The position numbers were made by a program, and so were the translations under genes. The notes below the pieces were generated by a model that made no database searches, was not told where the DNA came from, and saw only the letters and a list, made by a program, of their open reading frames with translations. Source: Orbicella franksi (taxonomy: Eukaryota). From it: DNA of 64,000 bases. The DNA lies in contig OZ116698.1 of the NCBI GenBank assembly GCA_964199315.1, positions 28,210,001 through 28,274,000 of the forward strand, read 5' to 3'. Shown in pieces: positions 1 to 11,665 of the stretch. Position 1 is the stretch's first letter. Every line of letters begins with the position of its first letter.

Positions 1-316
1 CGTACACACCACGCCGGAGAAATTTGATAACCGCGTTCAGTTTTTGATAACCGCGTTCAGTTTTTGATAACCGCGTTCAGTTTTTTACTTTGAAAACTCG
101 TTGCCCGTTCACACTACGCCGGAAAAATTTGAAAACGCAACAATCACCGGTCATTTTGGATTTGTGTTTGAGGAAAACTCGGGCAGGAAAATCACGTGAT
201 TATGGTGACGTCATCGTTCTCGAAAAGCCCGGGCCATTTTCAAAATGTTTTCTGTCCACACTAAACCGCAAAGCCAGCGTTTTGAAATTCCTCTGGCGTA
301 GTGTGGGCGGGGCGTT
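1..316. mobile_element. Harbinger-like palindromic MITE family copy (CCACACTACGCCGGAGAAATTTGAAAACG family)
   Basis: Shares terminal and internal motifs (ccacactacgccgga, ttttcgaaaagctccg, cgtagtgtgg) with the copies at about 6452-6812, 13735-15490 (split) and 53272-53610. The superfamily call is inferred. Confidence 0.7.
26..85 (+). repeat. Three perfect tandem copies of a 20-bp unit
   Basis: GATAACCGCGTTCAGTTTTT at 26-45, 46-65 and 66-85. Confidence 0.95.
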
Positions 317-1436
317 AGTCTGAGTTTTAACTACCTTCTTAAACATCTAGTGTAGTGTTAGAAGGCCTAGAGGAGTGAAATTGAAAATATTGTAATGCAA
401 ACTACCTGAAGTAATTAGTATCGGATTGTGAAAAAAAATTGTATGATGAATTAAAAATTGAAAAACCCTTCTTTCGAAAAATCGGTGAATCAATCAATAC
501 CAGACTGAAATACCTGTTACGTTCTGTGCAATGAATCAATGCCAGAAAAATACCTGTTTTGTTTTCCTAAGTTACTCAGGCCATTTTCAATCGCATTAGC
601 AATTATGACCAGTTTTTAACTGACTTTCTAAAATTAGTCATTGAATCAATACCCAAAGATACTCTTGCTTCTTGTAGAGGTTGCTCCTAAAATCGAGCTT
701 TATGGATTTGCCCTTCACCCTAAAAAGGACGTCTCTGACTATGCTTCTCATTATGGTCACGATTATGCTCATTGTTATGCTGAAAAAATTCTCCCACCTC
801 CCCCCCCCCCCCCCTCCTGCAAAAAAGCGTAATTTTCATAATAGATTAGTAACACAAAAGTACAAGAAAATAATAAAGTAATCAATTACATTGAGACAAA
901 CACTCTCAAAAATAAATCAGTGATACTCTGTAATTAGCTACTTTAATCCAAAATTAAAGATAAAAAGCAATTCAAGTAAAGTTGGGTCTTTTATACTTGT
1001 AACAAGTCAAAGGTGCTCAGTAACGAAAACTGCCTAGAATTTGAAAATGCCTTGCAATTGAATCATGTTTACCAAATAAATATACGCTAGTGGCTAAAAT
1101 AGCTATTAAAAACGTTTTCACAAAATGGCACTATGTTCTGGCAAAATGGTGCTATTATGTCGGCATTATGCTCGACCCACTTACTATTACGCTCGACATT
1201 AAGCATATGTCAGCCCTTAGCTCTGCGTACCTGAGAAGTTAAGTTCAATTGATCAACTTTTAACTTCGTTGCAGCAAAGTGAAAATTCTGGAGTTTTTTG
1301 GGCAGTTGAGAACCGTTCACCCGTCATATTTTACCTGTTTATTCCAGTTTGCAAGAGACTCATGCTCTGTGCACCTACAGTAAGTTGGCGAATGTCAGTT
1401 GTTGAACGAAAAGACAAAATTTCGACCGCAGACATC

Positions 1437-2258
1437 GAAGGTCTAAAATAAGGATTGCAAATCCCTCTTTTAATTCCCGCCACTAATATTTCCTCCATCT
1501 CGCCATCCCGCTTAAGCTTACTTCGGACGCGTCACCCCGATCCCGCAGCGTTCCAAAGTATTTTAACCGTGACAAGACGATGTTTTTACCTGATTAGACA
1601 CCGAACCTTCCCAAGCTAACGTGTTATTAACTAGTAAAATTAATTTCTACACGATAAAAGAATGTGTTAACGGGCTTGCAAGACTCCTCCAGTCCGCAGA
1701 TGCATTGGTTCTAAAGCCTTCACGTCTTAGCTTTTTCTAGGACGTCTATAGGGAGGTGTTTCTCTACAATTCTGTGGCTGGGTTATCTCTATTCTGAAGG
1801 TGTGATCTGAAACCTCTCATGTTTTTCTCAAAAATAAATTGAGAGGAATTTGTTCTTGGAAGCCTTGACACTTTTCGTTTGATAAAGCCTTTCATGAAGC
1901 CTGGTGGGTGGCACGAATAGGAACTCGTGTACTGGAAGGTCTCTGTTGATTTGTAATACGTTCCAACATCAAGAATAGACCCCATGTGGAACAATCTGTC
2001 ACCCTTGTACACTTTCGTGTCCAAAATTGTAGTTTGTGTTACTGAGATTTCAGTCGTGAATTTGAATTCTGATTTCGACCGTCTTAAGTTACAATCGCCC
2101 GTTTTTTTTGTTTTTTTTTTCGGCCTGAAAATATCCAGCTTCCCGCCTCCCGCTGACCCCTTGCAATTCTGCATCCCTCCTTCGAATGTCCTTTATCCCG
2201 CATCCCGGCAGCGAAAAAAGGCTCATCCCGCATCCCGCGAACCCATTGTTAGACCCTC
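1437..2258. mobile_element. Non-autonomous TIR element with a 6-bp target-site duplication
   Basis: Left end GAAGGTCTAAAATAAGG; the right end's reverse complement is GAGGGTCTAACAATGGG. GACATC flanks both sides (1431-1436 and 2259-2264). ATCCCGC subterminal repeats occur near both ends. Confidence 0.6.
1770..2070 (-). pseudogene. Degenerate Penelope-like element reverse transcriptase C-terminal fragment
   Basis: The translation FKFTTEISVTQTTILDTKVYKG...LDVGTYYKSTETFQYTSSYSCHPPGFMKGFIK...RTNSS resembles the PLE RT motif (FT.E.....FLD......YxKxT....Y....S.HP....KG). Confidence 0.75.
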
Positions 2259-2274
2259 GACATCCGGGCTACTA

Positions 2275-2442
2275 CAGTTCAACCCTCATTAAACGGCCAC
2301 CTTCGGAGAAATGGATAGTGGCTGCTTAACTTAGGCTGGCGGCTTAATAGAGGTAAAAACAACAGTTAGACAACCACTGGGACTTTGATTACTGGCCGTC
2401 TAATTAGCTAATAGGGGTGGCCGTTTAATAGGGGTTCGACTG
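2275..2442. mobile_element. Tc1/mariner-type MITE
   Basis: TA|CAGTTCAACCCTCATTAAACGGCCACC ... GGTGGCCGTTTAATAGGGGTTCGACTG|TA, i.e. imperfect TIRs with a TA TSD. Confidence 0.75.
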
Positions 2443-2564
2443 TACTCCAAAACTGAGACACAACCAGCTTTACAATTCATACAGAGACAACCGTCACCTC
2501 CCCTAACGGGACCTTCGGGCATTCTACTTAAAAGAAAAGTATAAAGAAAACAATCTACGAATAA

Positions 2565-2622
2565 TAGTAATAATAACAACAACAACAACAACGATAATAA
2601 TAATAATAATAATAATAATAAA
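2565..2622. repeat. (AAT)n/(AAC)n microsatellite
   Basis: Run of taataataacaacaacaacaacaacgataataataataat... Confidence 0.9.
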
Positions 2623-2752
2623 TTTAACGACTTAAAAGACAAATACAATATGCGAACACACACACACAACATAGAAACATTTAAATATCCGTTTTAGCCA
2701 ACATTTCGATTCTTTGAGAACTTTTTCATAGGCCGACGTCACAGCGCCCATA

Positions 2753-3160
2753 CACTCTCTATAAGAGTAACAATATTATTTTATAAGAATATTGTTTTTC
2801 CGGGCGAGGCTGAATATATTCTTGTGAATATTCTTAGAATATAGCGTGTGACACTTCTGTTTTCGAAGATAATTTTAAAGCCAGCCTGCAGGCGTGAAAG
2901 CCTGATGACGCACATAACGTCTCAGTTGCAGAAATGTTATGAGCATTGAACATTACAGCTTGTACTGTTTTTGTTGTTTTTTGGCAGGTTTTGTGCGTTA
3001 AGAGAAAGGAAGAATTTTATACGGTTTAGTTAAAAGCATATAATCGTATTGCATTTACATATGTTCTACGCACAAAATTATATTCTTTTCAAAATCTTAG
3101 CCCAGGGTTTATTCTTAAAATATTCAAATTCCTCGATGTTCTTATAAACAAGAGAGAGTG
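2753..3160. mobile_element. CACT-terminal, TA-flanked non-autonomous element (CACTA/EnSpm-like)
   Basis: TA|CACTCTCT ... AGAGAGTG|TA. A related copy with the same termini lies at 9271-9728. Confidence 0.6.
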
Positions 3161-3677
3161 TATTGTCCTTGTTCTTCGCCTGGCGAAATTTCACTTCTCA
3201 AAGAAGTGATTCTAAATTCATGCAGTCACTATGTAATTTGTACCATCAACTGATTTATGTTTTGCACCATCTTTGAGCGACTGAAACAAACTTATATTCG
3301 ATCTCTTACTGAGCGAAACTTTACCAAAAGTTACATTCTATTTCAGCTTCGAAATCATCCAGTTATTGACGTGACTAACTTACACACAGACGAAGATGTC
3401 CATCTTAATGATGTATTTCAATACACGTACAGTATCTTCCAATTAATTATGCATACAATTTCTTTACTACGATTTTTCATACCCAAAAGGCAATCATGAA
3501 TAGAAAAAGACTTGGAAAATTGTAATTATCGTGCTTATAATTAAGTATGGAATTACACGTCATTTGGCGAGCAATATACTCTCGCTCTCTACATGCTTTC
3601 ATTTCTGTATTGCTTGAAGACATCAGGCGTGAGTTGCTTTTATTCATTCTACGTTGAACATCAGCCGAGTATCGTTC

Positions 3678-4844
3678 ATGATGGCTTCTTCGATCAACGC
3701 TATCACCATTGGAAGTCTGATCCAAAAAGACCTGAAGGAGGCGTATTTTCTTCCACAGAAACCTTCCTCGTGTTTAAAAGGATACAGATTCTTCAACGAT
3801 AAGAAGTACCGAATATATGACTACCCGGCGACCCCGTCATCTTTCCGAAGGCTCATGTCGCCATTTTATCATTTGCCCGCAGCTGGCGATGAAATCCCCG
3901 TTCTAATGGAGCGTAAACCAGAATCGTTCCTGAAGCAGCATTGGAAACAGTGGCTTCCGGCTTTCCCTTCCGCTGAGGTCAAGTCGCCAGACGAGGGCCT
4001 ACAAGACGATCTTCCGATCGTGACCAGAGCAGCGCTTCAAAGCATTCCCGAGGACAAGCACTTCGTCCACCCAGACATCTTGTACGAGCTGCATCTCAAG
4101 AGCTCCATACTCGACATCAAGGCACCTTCTCCAAGACATATGCAGGAGAGTGATATTTCCTACCCATGTATGGTGAAAATTGACATGAGCAGTGGAGGCC
4201 GGGGAAACAGACTAGTAAAGAACGAAATCGAGCTGTCCGCCACACTGAGACACATTAGAGAAGTGTGCGGCTGGACTGGGAAAATTGTGTTCCAAGAATT
4301 TTTCCCTCAGGTCAAAGAAGTGCCCAGCTTTCAGTTCTACCTGCACAAATCAGGCGAATTGTTCTGGGTGGGAACGACATCTGGGGGATTCAGTGGATTT
4401 AAATGGACCGATGGATTAGTGGATTGGGACAAGCAAGACTACTACGAGAAGCTCGTGCTAGAAGATTTCACTAAACCGATTAAAAACTACCTCCAAAAGC
4501 GCGGTTACTTTGGCCTGGTTACGTTCGAGGTTGTAATCACAGACCATGCAAAGTACCTAGTGGACATGAACCCGCGAATTGGTGACGACACGACTCATCT
4601 ACTTCTCGCTCGTTATATGGCTTTAGATTTCGGCTTGAAGCATTCAGCGATTTTTTGCTACAACAAGCACAACATTTCAGCTAGAAGGCTAGTTGCGAAG
4701 GCAAATGCCATCAACAAGAAAAGCGAGGGCATCATAATTGTTCTTTCTGTTGCCGATGCCGACAAAGGTTGTGAGTCCGACTTGTCAATTTTTGCCAAAA
4801 CACCAGAAGAAGTGCAAACTCTTTTTCACAATCTTAGCAACTAA
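3678..4844 (+). CDS. Intronless ATP-grasp domain protein (putative carboxylate-amine/peptide ligase), 388 aa
   Basis: Uninterrupted ORF. The track start at 3654 is a TTG; the first ATG is at 3678. ATP-grasp motifs appear in the correct order: YPCMVK followed by the Gly-rich loop SSGGRG, then IVFQEF, then GYFGLVTFEVVITDHAKYLVDMNPRIG (E...D-x-N-P-R metal/ATP-binding segment). Confidence 0.88.
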   Translation: MMASSINAITIGSLIQKDLKEAYFLPQKPSSCLKGYRFFNDKKYRIYDYPATPSSFRRLMSPFYHLPAAGDEIPVLMERKPESFLKQHWKQWLPAFPSAEVKSPDEGLQDDLPIVTRAALQSIPEDKHFVHPDILYELHLKSSILDIKAPSPRHMQESDISYPCMVKIDMSSGGRGNRLVKNEIELSATLRHIREVCGWTGKIVFQEFFPQVKEVPSFQFYLHKSGELFWVGTTSGGFSGFKWTDGLVDWDKQDYYEKLVLEDFTKPIKNYLQKRGYFGLVTFEVVITDHAKYLVDMNPRIGDDTTHLLLARYMALDFGLKHSAIFCYNKHNISARRLVAKANAINKKSEGIIIVLSVADADKGCESDLSIFAKTPEEVQTLFHNLSN

Positions 4845-6451
4845 TTGAATTAGTAAAGAAGCTTGTATTAATAATGCTTTGTTATATTTCCCCATTCCCC
4901 GCCGTCTCACTTTACTTGAAGAAAATGTTCGTCATGTTAGTCTCAAGGGGCAAGGATACAATTGATGTAATAATCTTTTATTCGAAATTGTCGCTTTTAT
5001 CTCCATACCTAAACAGCGAAGTTAAATAAGTTTGCATTGTATTCTTGTATTGTTTGTGAACGCTGATAACAAAGTGTTCGGCTATGTAGTGAACGCTGAT
5101 ATTGAACATTGAACTACTAGCTTTAAATAGGATAGGTATGCTGGAATGTAAGTCAGTGAATCTGTAAGATATCGAATCATTTATGTAAAATTTTGGATAG
5201 GTAGTTGTTATAATAAGAAAATAAAAAACGATGAAAAGAAAGGCGCTGTCTTTCTTACAAATTCGTCTTATTCTTCTCATGTCCCCTTCACAATGCTCGA
5301 GGTAAGAAGAAGGTCGGCGAAAAAAAGAGTTATGGAACCGGTGGTACTGCCGGGCGTTCTTGCGCGTATGCTATACATCTGTTTAGCCGTCGTCTTCAGC
5401 TAGGAACTGAGTGAAATAGCTCTACACTGAAAGATCACCACGGTGGTTGAAAATCATTTTCTGACCCACATAGTTGTCGACACCGCGAATCAAAGTTGAT
5501 AACGATAGCAAGGTAGAAAAGATAACCCTTTTGAGGGGGCGGAGGGGGGAAGGGGGAGATATGGTTATTCAGCCGAAGTAGCCGTGGTGGCATCAAGTCA
5601 AGAATCCTCTCCAATAGTGCTCTGCAAACCACTTTTTTTTTTTTTGGCATCAATTGTAAAGCTAGTTGATGAGGTCGAAGGGCTTCTAGAGTTGGCAAAA
5701 CGTAGTCGTGAACACTGGACCTTGACCCAAACTTCAACTACATTTTAATATCTCTAGGACCCCTTTTAGTTGAACAATTTTAAATAATATTCTCAATCTT
5801 TCACTGGGCGCCCTCAATGACCTGTTCACGCGAGAGATTGCCTACGTTTTTATTGTATTCAGTTCTCCTTTCTACACACTATTCCTTTCATTAGCACTCA
5901 ATTTCACGCAGACGTTATCTAGTTTTAGTAAATATAGTTACCTAGTTAATATCAGTATTAATAGTTTTTCGTTTTCCACACTTCATAAGCAAATTCAATA
6001 TTTCATTGTGTTGAACATTCAAAAGGTGTGCCACGCTTTTCTCAGTTTATAAGTTTGGAGTCGGAGTTAGCAAAAACACAGGAAACAGAAACAGCTCTTT
6101 CAGTTGTAGAACGAAGATTTGAAAGCTTCGTTCTTTTTCAGTTTATAGGTCTTCAAAGTTTAAGGGGAGTGAAAAATGTAAACTTGGCTCTTCAAGGTGA
6201 CAAATTTTGTTAAATATGGTGACTTCCGTCACGCTTTGTAACACTCAACATTGGCTTGAACGATAATAAAACGGAAATCGTGCTTCCTTTAGCTTTCAAC
6301 CCTTTAATCGGGGTTTGGGTAAAACCTATCTTAAAATGCATGTGTATAAAAGGTCTATTTGGGCTGTTTACGTATTAGGTGACCAGGTAAGAAAATTGAC
6401 GCAAGCTGTCAAACAAAAAATCTGATCGTTTCATTAATTCTTCTATAAGGC

Positions 6452-6812
6452 ACCTCTACACTGCGCCGGAGGAATTTGAAAACGGAGTTTTCACTCTGAA
6501 AACGCACCAAATGTTTTCCGTCCACGCTACGCTGGAGGAATTTGAAAACGTAACAATCACTTGTCATCGAGGAAAACTCGGTCAGGCAAATCACATGATT
6601 ATCGTGACGCCATCGTTTTCGAAAAGCTCCGTTTTTCAAAATGTTTTCCGTCCACACGAAAACAAAAAGCCGGCGTTTTTAAATTCCTCCGGTTTGAAGA
6701 GCGTTTTCGAAAAGCTCCGTTTTCGTGCCGGATTAGTGTGGACGGTAGGCCTAACCGTAGAAATAAAGCCGCGTTTTCAAATTCCTCTGGCGTAGTGAGG
6801 AAGCTGCCTCAG
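6452..6812. mobile_element. Harbinger-like palindromic MITE, near full-length copy
   Basis: Begins acactgcgccggaggaatttgaaaacg and ends caaattcctctggcgtagtg. It contains internal inverted blocks and belongs to the same family as 1-316. Confidence 0.75.
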
Positions 6813-7654
6813 TGGAGATAGATCGTTGTCACTCACATCGGAACAGCAACCATGAAAATTTATCGGAACAAAAGGAAAAGAGTTGAACTCCCACAGGACT
6901 GGTTTGGGACACCAACAAGGCCGCCGTTTCATTTTTTTGGGGGGACACCAATATAACTGTCGTGACGTTTAATATGCCTGTGCATATTATTTAAGACTAT
7001 GTCACGATATTTTAAGTCACATTTCTGATGTAGGAAATAACTATGAAGAAAACCTAAAACACAGGTTTCTAAAGAACAAAAACACCAACAAATAATAACC
7101 CTGAAATAAGTAAACAAAGACAGCTACGACTGAGGCGAATTAAAAAGAACTGAGAGAGAGTCATACGAGAAACGGCCAATTTTTTCAAGATGCATTATCC
7201 TTAAATTTGAGTTGCTGCACTTTCTGTTAAACATTTATCCCAAAGTTTCTAACTCTTCAGTGTGTCTTCTACTTCCTAAATACTAAAATTTCTCTCCATC
7301 CATTTGGGCAAATATCATAGAAAGTTTTATGATATTTGTCCAAATGGATGGAGAGAAATTGTCAAAGACGCGAAATTGAAAACCCTTCAACGCATATAAG
7401 AGTGCTGACGTAATTAATTAAGACCACCCAGTCTTCCAGTTCTGGTCCCAACGGCGCCTTGAATACCTAGATGCTTGTAGTGACAAGAAAATATTGAGAT
7501 TTGTACCGGACTTTGTATCCGAGTTACCACTAGACGGATAATAAATGGTATTATAATCCATCACGATTTCGCTTGCACGTGATCGCTCTAAACGCGTCAC
7601 TTGTAATGCGTTTTTGATCATCGTATGTTAAAAAGCGCAATATAAATTAATAAA

Positions 7655-7788
7655 TTATTATTATTATTAGACTGGATATGCCCCAGCTAAAACATAGATA
7701 CCTCAGCTATTCCCAAATTTTGGCAGATCCCGCGTGATGCGAAAAATATTTCATGGATAATAACCACAATAGCCTCCAGTTGACTTTA

Positions 7789-7821
<33 letters not shown>

Positions 7822-7930
7822 TATCTTTTCCTCGAAGCTCAGTTATTCTTGAGCTCGAGCTCGAGATAATCGTACCGGACAAATATCCGAGCATATTTTC
7901 GCGCCAAATGAAGGCTATTGTTTATTTATT
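7655..7930. mobile_element. Palindromic MITE-like repeat
   Basis: Inverted repeat AATATGCTCGGATATTTGTCC (about 7791-7811) pairs with GGACAAATATCCGAGCATATT (about 7877-7897). Confidence 0.5.
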
Positions 7931-8498
7931 ACAAAGTGGGTGGGCCATAGTTTGTCAGGCAACAAGCAAATGCGAATAGTGGCTTATAATATGGCTTTCA
8001 TTAAGACACAAATTAAGTGTCCGTTACAACGAGATGGCTTTATTGTACTCGCCTAGATAATTAAAGGTAAAGAAAGGTTTAGCGATTTTTGAATCGCAAG
8101 AGCTACGAAATTGTGCGTTATAAAGAAATGCCAGTATTGTAATGGTTGAGTTAAGTTAATTTAGATCTCTCGGAAACCAGCTGAAGTACCACGATAGTCC
8201 TTTATTAGAAGTGCATTTTATATGGTCCGTCCATTATGGTACTGAATCAGTATAGATACTGCGTATTCGACTGTATGGGTAGTCATTAAATTAATTGGGA
8301 AAGGAAATGGCAAGGAGTGACGCAGCATAATTAAAGTGTAGCTATAACGTGCGTGTGGGCCAACCTCAAAATATATATATCACCAGTTTATTTATTGGGT
8401 CTTCTAAGCACGACTTCATTTGCTTAATAACGATAATGAAAGTTGACTCAAATATAAACTGCGCGTAGCAGAGCGTAACAGGTATCTACGGTAAGTTA

Positions 8499-8881
8499 GG
8501 GACCGTTCAGTTTTTATGAGGGACGGGGGGCTGGTGGGATTTGGGAAGCACGATTTAAAAATGCCAGTGAAAGTTGCATTCGAAAATAACAGTGTTAAAT
8601 ACTTTCAATAGCTACAAATGCTTTTTGTCGCCAAACGTTTTTTTTAAAGCAGAAGGAAAGTTTGTAATAAATTTGTATCCTGCCTTCTATGTTGATTCTA
8701 TAGCAATTTTTTTGATATTCAAACATTATCCCATTTTAAAGTTTTACTAAAATATTTCACGTGACCCTCCCTTTTTCCCTTATTTTTTTGGGATGGCCCC
8801 CCCTCGAAAGCCATTTTTTTACGCATGGCCCCCCCCCAAATCCCACCAGCCCCCCCTACCTTATAAAAAATGAACGGTCCC
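8499..8881. mobile_element. PIF/Harbinger-like MITE with TTA TSD
   Basis: TTA|GGGACCGTTCAGTTTTTATGAG...GGCTGGTGGGATTTGGG ... CCCAAATCCCACCAGCC...TTATAAAAAATGAACGGTCCC|TTA. Confidence 0.85.
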
Positions 8882-9270
8882 TTACCTCAAATTATTCCGC
8901 TTCCGCTTAGAAGATGGTGTCCAAAAACGAGAGGTATTAGTGTCAATGACAAAACGGTTTCTCGAAAGAAAAAATAAAGCCACGAGATATAACTGAGTGG
9001 CTTTGTTTTTCACTCTCGTCTCTAAAGCTGTTTTCTTTTTGAAACGCACGAAAGAAACGACCGCTCTCGGACGAGAATTATCTCTAGCTCTGTTCTTCGC
9101 TCTTAACTGTGGACGCTGGACGAAACGAGCAATTGGAAATTTCCGTGCAAAGATAAGTTTTGGTTGGCCCTGAAAACGACGAAAATGACCGGAAATAAGT
9201 GTAAGGAACTGGATTGAGCAATGTTTCCTTCTTAAACCTTGGCATGTACAGGTAAACTTGAAGTCCGATA

Positions 9271-9728
9271 CACTCTTTTTTTTTTTTCTTGAAGTCTGAA
9301 CGTTCTAGATTTTTCTGCGATTTGGGCTGAAAACGTTCTCAAGATGTTCTAAAATTTACATGGTATAAAGGTCAACCAGCTTAATAATACTTCAGACTTT
9401 GTATCACCTGATGACTTCAATGGTATGGAAGATATTTTGGAACAGTTATAAATAAAAACTGCTGATTATAACAAACCGAGATGTGTGTCATGCAATAAGA
9501 AAACCATTGTTAATGTTATACAAAACATGCCCTTAAGTATTTGGGTCAATTTCACTTTTTTTGTTACTTTCATTTTATGCTTGTCATTTAATACATACAA
9601 ATTAGCAAAATATAAACTTTCTTAATCGACTCTCAGCCTGAGGAATGTTCTTTATACGTTCTTAAAATTTTGGTTAGTCTCAGCCTCAACGTTCCTGTAA
9701 AAAAAGGTTCTTGTATAAAACAAGAGTG
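9271..9728. mobile_element. CACT-terminal, TA-flanked non-autonomous element (CACTA/EnSpm-like)
   Basis: TA|CACTCTT ... AAGAGTG|TA. Subterminal sequence resembles 2753-3160. Confidence 0.55.
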
Positions 9729-10069
9729 TATATGAGACTGCCATAATTAGTGAAATGAAATGGAGCAGAGCCTTGGGGTGTTGTCGTCGAGTTTGGAGAT
9801 TATTAATTTATTCTCTGTTCGCTTCATTTATCCTTAATACCCAGCCTGGCAATTGGATCCAAGAGGAATGCTTCCCTTCCTTTCTCCACTAAATTTGACC
9901 GCAATGGCTTTTTGGTTTCAAGGGAAGAAAGAAGAAAACCTCTGGCAGTACATTCTGCTACCCTGCGAGCAAAGTCGTTTCGATCTCTCATAGATAGAGG
10001 AAAAGGATGAGGAAAGAGGACGGTGCCTTCCTCTTACCTGGCTTATCTAATAATATTAAAAATAATTAT

Positions 10070-10660
10070 ATTACTACTAGTAATGATTCTTATAATAACA
10101 ATGATAACGATAATGGCAACGATAACGATGTTAATGATAATGATAACGATAACAATAATGCCAGTGACAACGATAACGACGTTAATGATAACGATAATGA
10201 TAACTATAGTGATGCTAATGATAACAATAACAATGTCAATGACTACGATAATGATGTTAATGATAGTGATAACGATGACGATGTTAATGACAACGATGAC
10301 GATAACGATGTTAATGATAACGATGACGATGTTAATGAAAATGATAATAACGTTAATGATAAAGATAATTACAATAATGACAATGTTAATGATAATGATA
10401 ACGATAACACTAATGATATTGATAATGATGATGTTAATGATTTTTTGATGTTAATGATAATGATAACGATGACGATAAAGATAATGAGAAAGCTTATGAT
10501 AACATTAATGATAATGATAAAGATAATGATAATTATAACGATAATGATAGCGATAAGGTTAATGACGATAATGATAATGATAACGATAAAGTTAATGATA
10601 ATGATAACGATGACGTTAATGATAATTATATTGTTAATGACGACGATAACGATAGAGAAA
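10070..10660. repeat. Compound (GAT/AAT/AAC/GAC)n trinucleotide low-complexity array
   Basis: Degenerate gataatgataacgat repeats, which account for the spurious N/D-rich and M/I/T-rich ORFs. Confidence 0.9.
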
Positions 10661-11524
10661 TGTATAAGTGCCTATGAAATAAAAAATGATTCTCTTTTTA
10701 CTTGGCCTTCGTAGCTTGATAAGAAATGGCACGCAAACTGCGGTGATAAACATGGCAATAAAACGCATGTTAAAAAACAAAGTTCATTTACTTGACGTTT
10801 CGTATGTTTCAACATACATCTTCAGAAGTGACCGTTAGGAATAGAAGCAACAACTAAATTTCAATTTAAAATAAGTAACTAATTAACAATTACAATGACA
10901 GAAGCTGAGAAAAATTTGCATATAAACAATGTAAACTAATAAAGATATAGCTTTTCGCTGCTCACATTATCATTTAGGGTGGGTTTTAATTGCCTTATTA
11001 GCAGTCTCTTTTATCTTGCAATGTGTATCTGTCCGACCTTTTGCTAATATATCAAAGTGGTCCCATTTGAAGTTGTGACCAGTAGACGTGACGTGGTCTG
11101 CAATAGCAGAAGCATGACAGCTGCTCGTGATCGACTCGTGATCGCTTTAAAATGTTCAGTTTTTCTGTCATGCAATCTAAGTTTTGTTTTTCCAATGTAG
11201 AAATCCATACGAAACGTCAAGTAAATGAACTTTGTTTTTTAACATGCGTTTTCTTGCCATGTTTATCACCGCAGTTTGCGTGGTATTTCTCAAAAAATAA
11301 CTGCTGCTTATTTGAAAGGCTTTTCAAAGTAAAGAAGAATGGCGTTTTTCTTTTTGGAATATCTTCTTTCGTTTTAGAGATATTTACATTTTTGTATCAT
11401 GCAAACGAGGAAAGTGATGACATCATAGGTGGTTTCACTAAAACAGTACAACACTCAATCGAGAACATCGCTAGAAATATTAAAGCAGTGATCTTTAAAC
11501 TTGGCACCTGAAATGTACATCACA

Positions 11525-11665
11525 TTATGATGTTACTGATAATGATAACGATACTGATGATGATGATAATAATAACGAAAACGTTATGATAATGATGTCA
11601 ATGACAACGATGACGTCAATCATGACGAAAACGTTCATGATAATGATAACGATAATGATGACACA
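11525..11665. repeat. (GAT/AAT/AAC)n low-complexity array
   Basis: Same motif composition as 10070-10660. Confidence 0.85.

Noticed and set aside
26-85. CRISPR-like direct repeats
   Set aside because: The units are contiguous with no spacers, the context is eukaryotic, and there are no cas genes.
3678-4844. Calling the ATP-grasp gene the mycosporine ligase MysC or carnosine synthase
   Set aside because: Length and N-terminal sequence do not match my recollection of either family, and no other MAA-pathway genes are adjacent.
10007-10714. 235-aa Asn/Asp-rich ORF as a coral acid-rich biomineralisation protein
   Set aside because: It is explained by an AAT/GAT/AAC microsatellite that is naturally stop-free in this frame. 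There is no signal peptide, and it drifts into the M/I/T frame.
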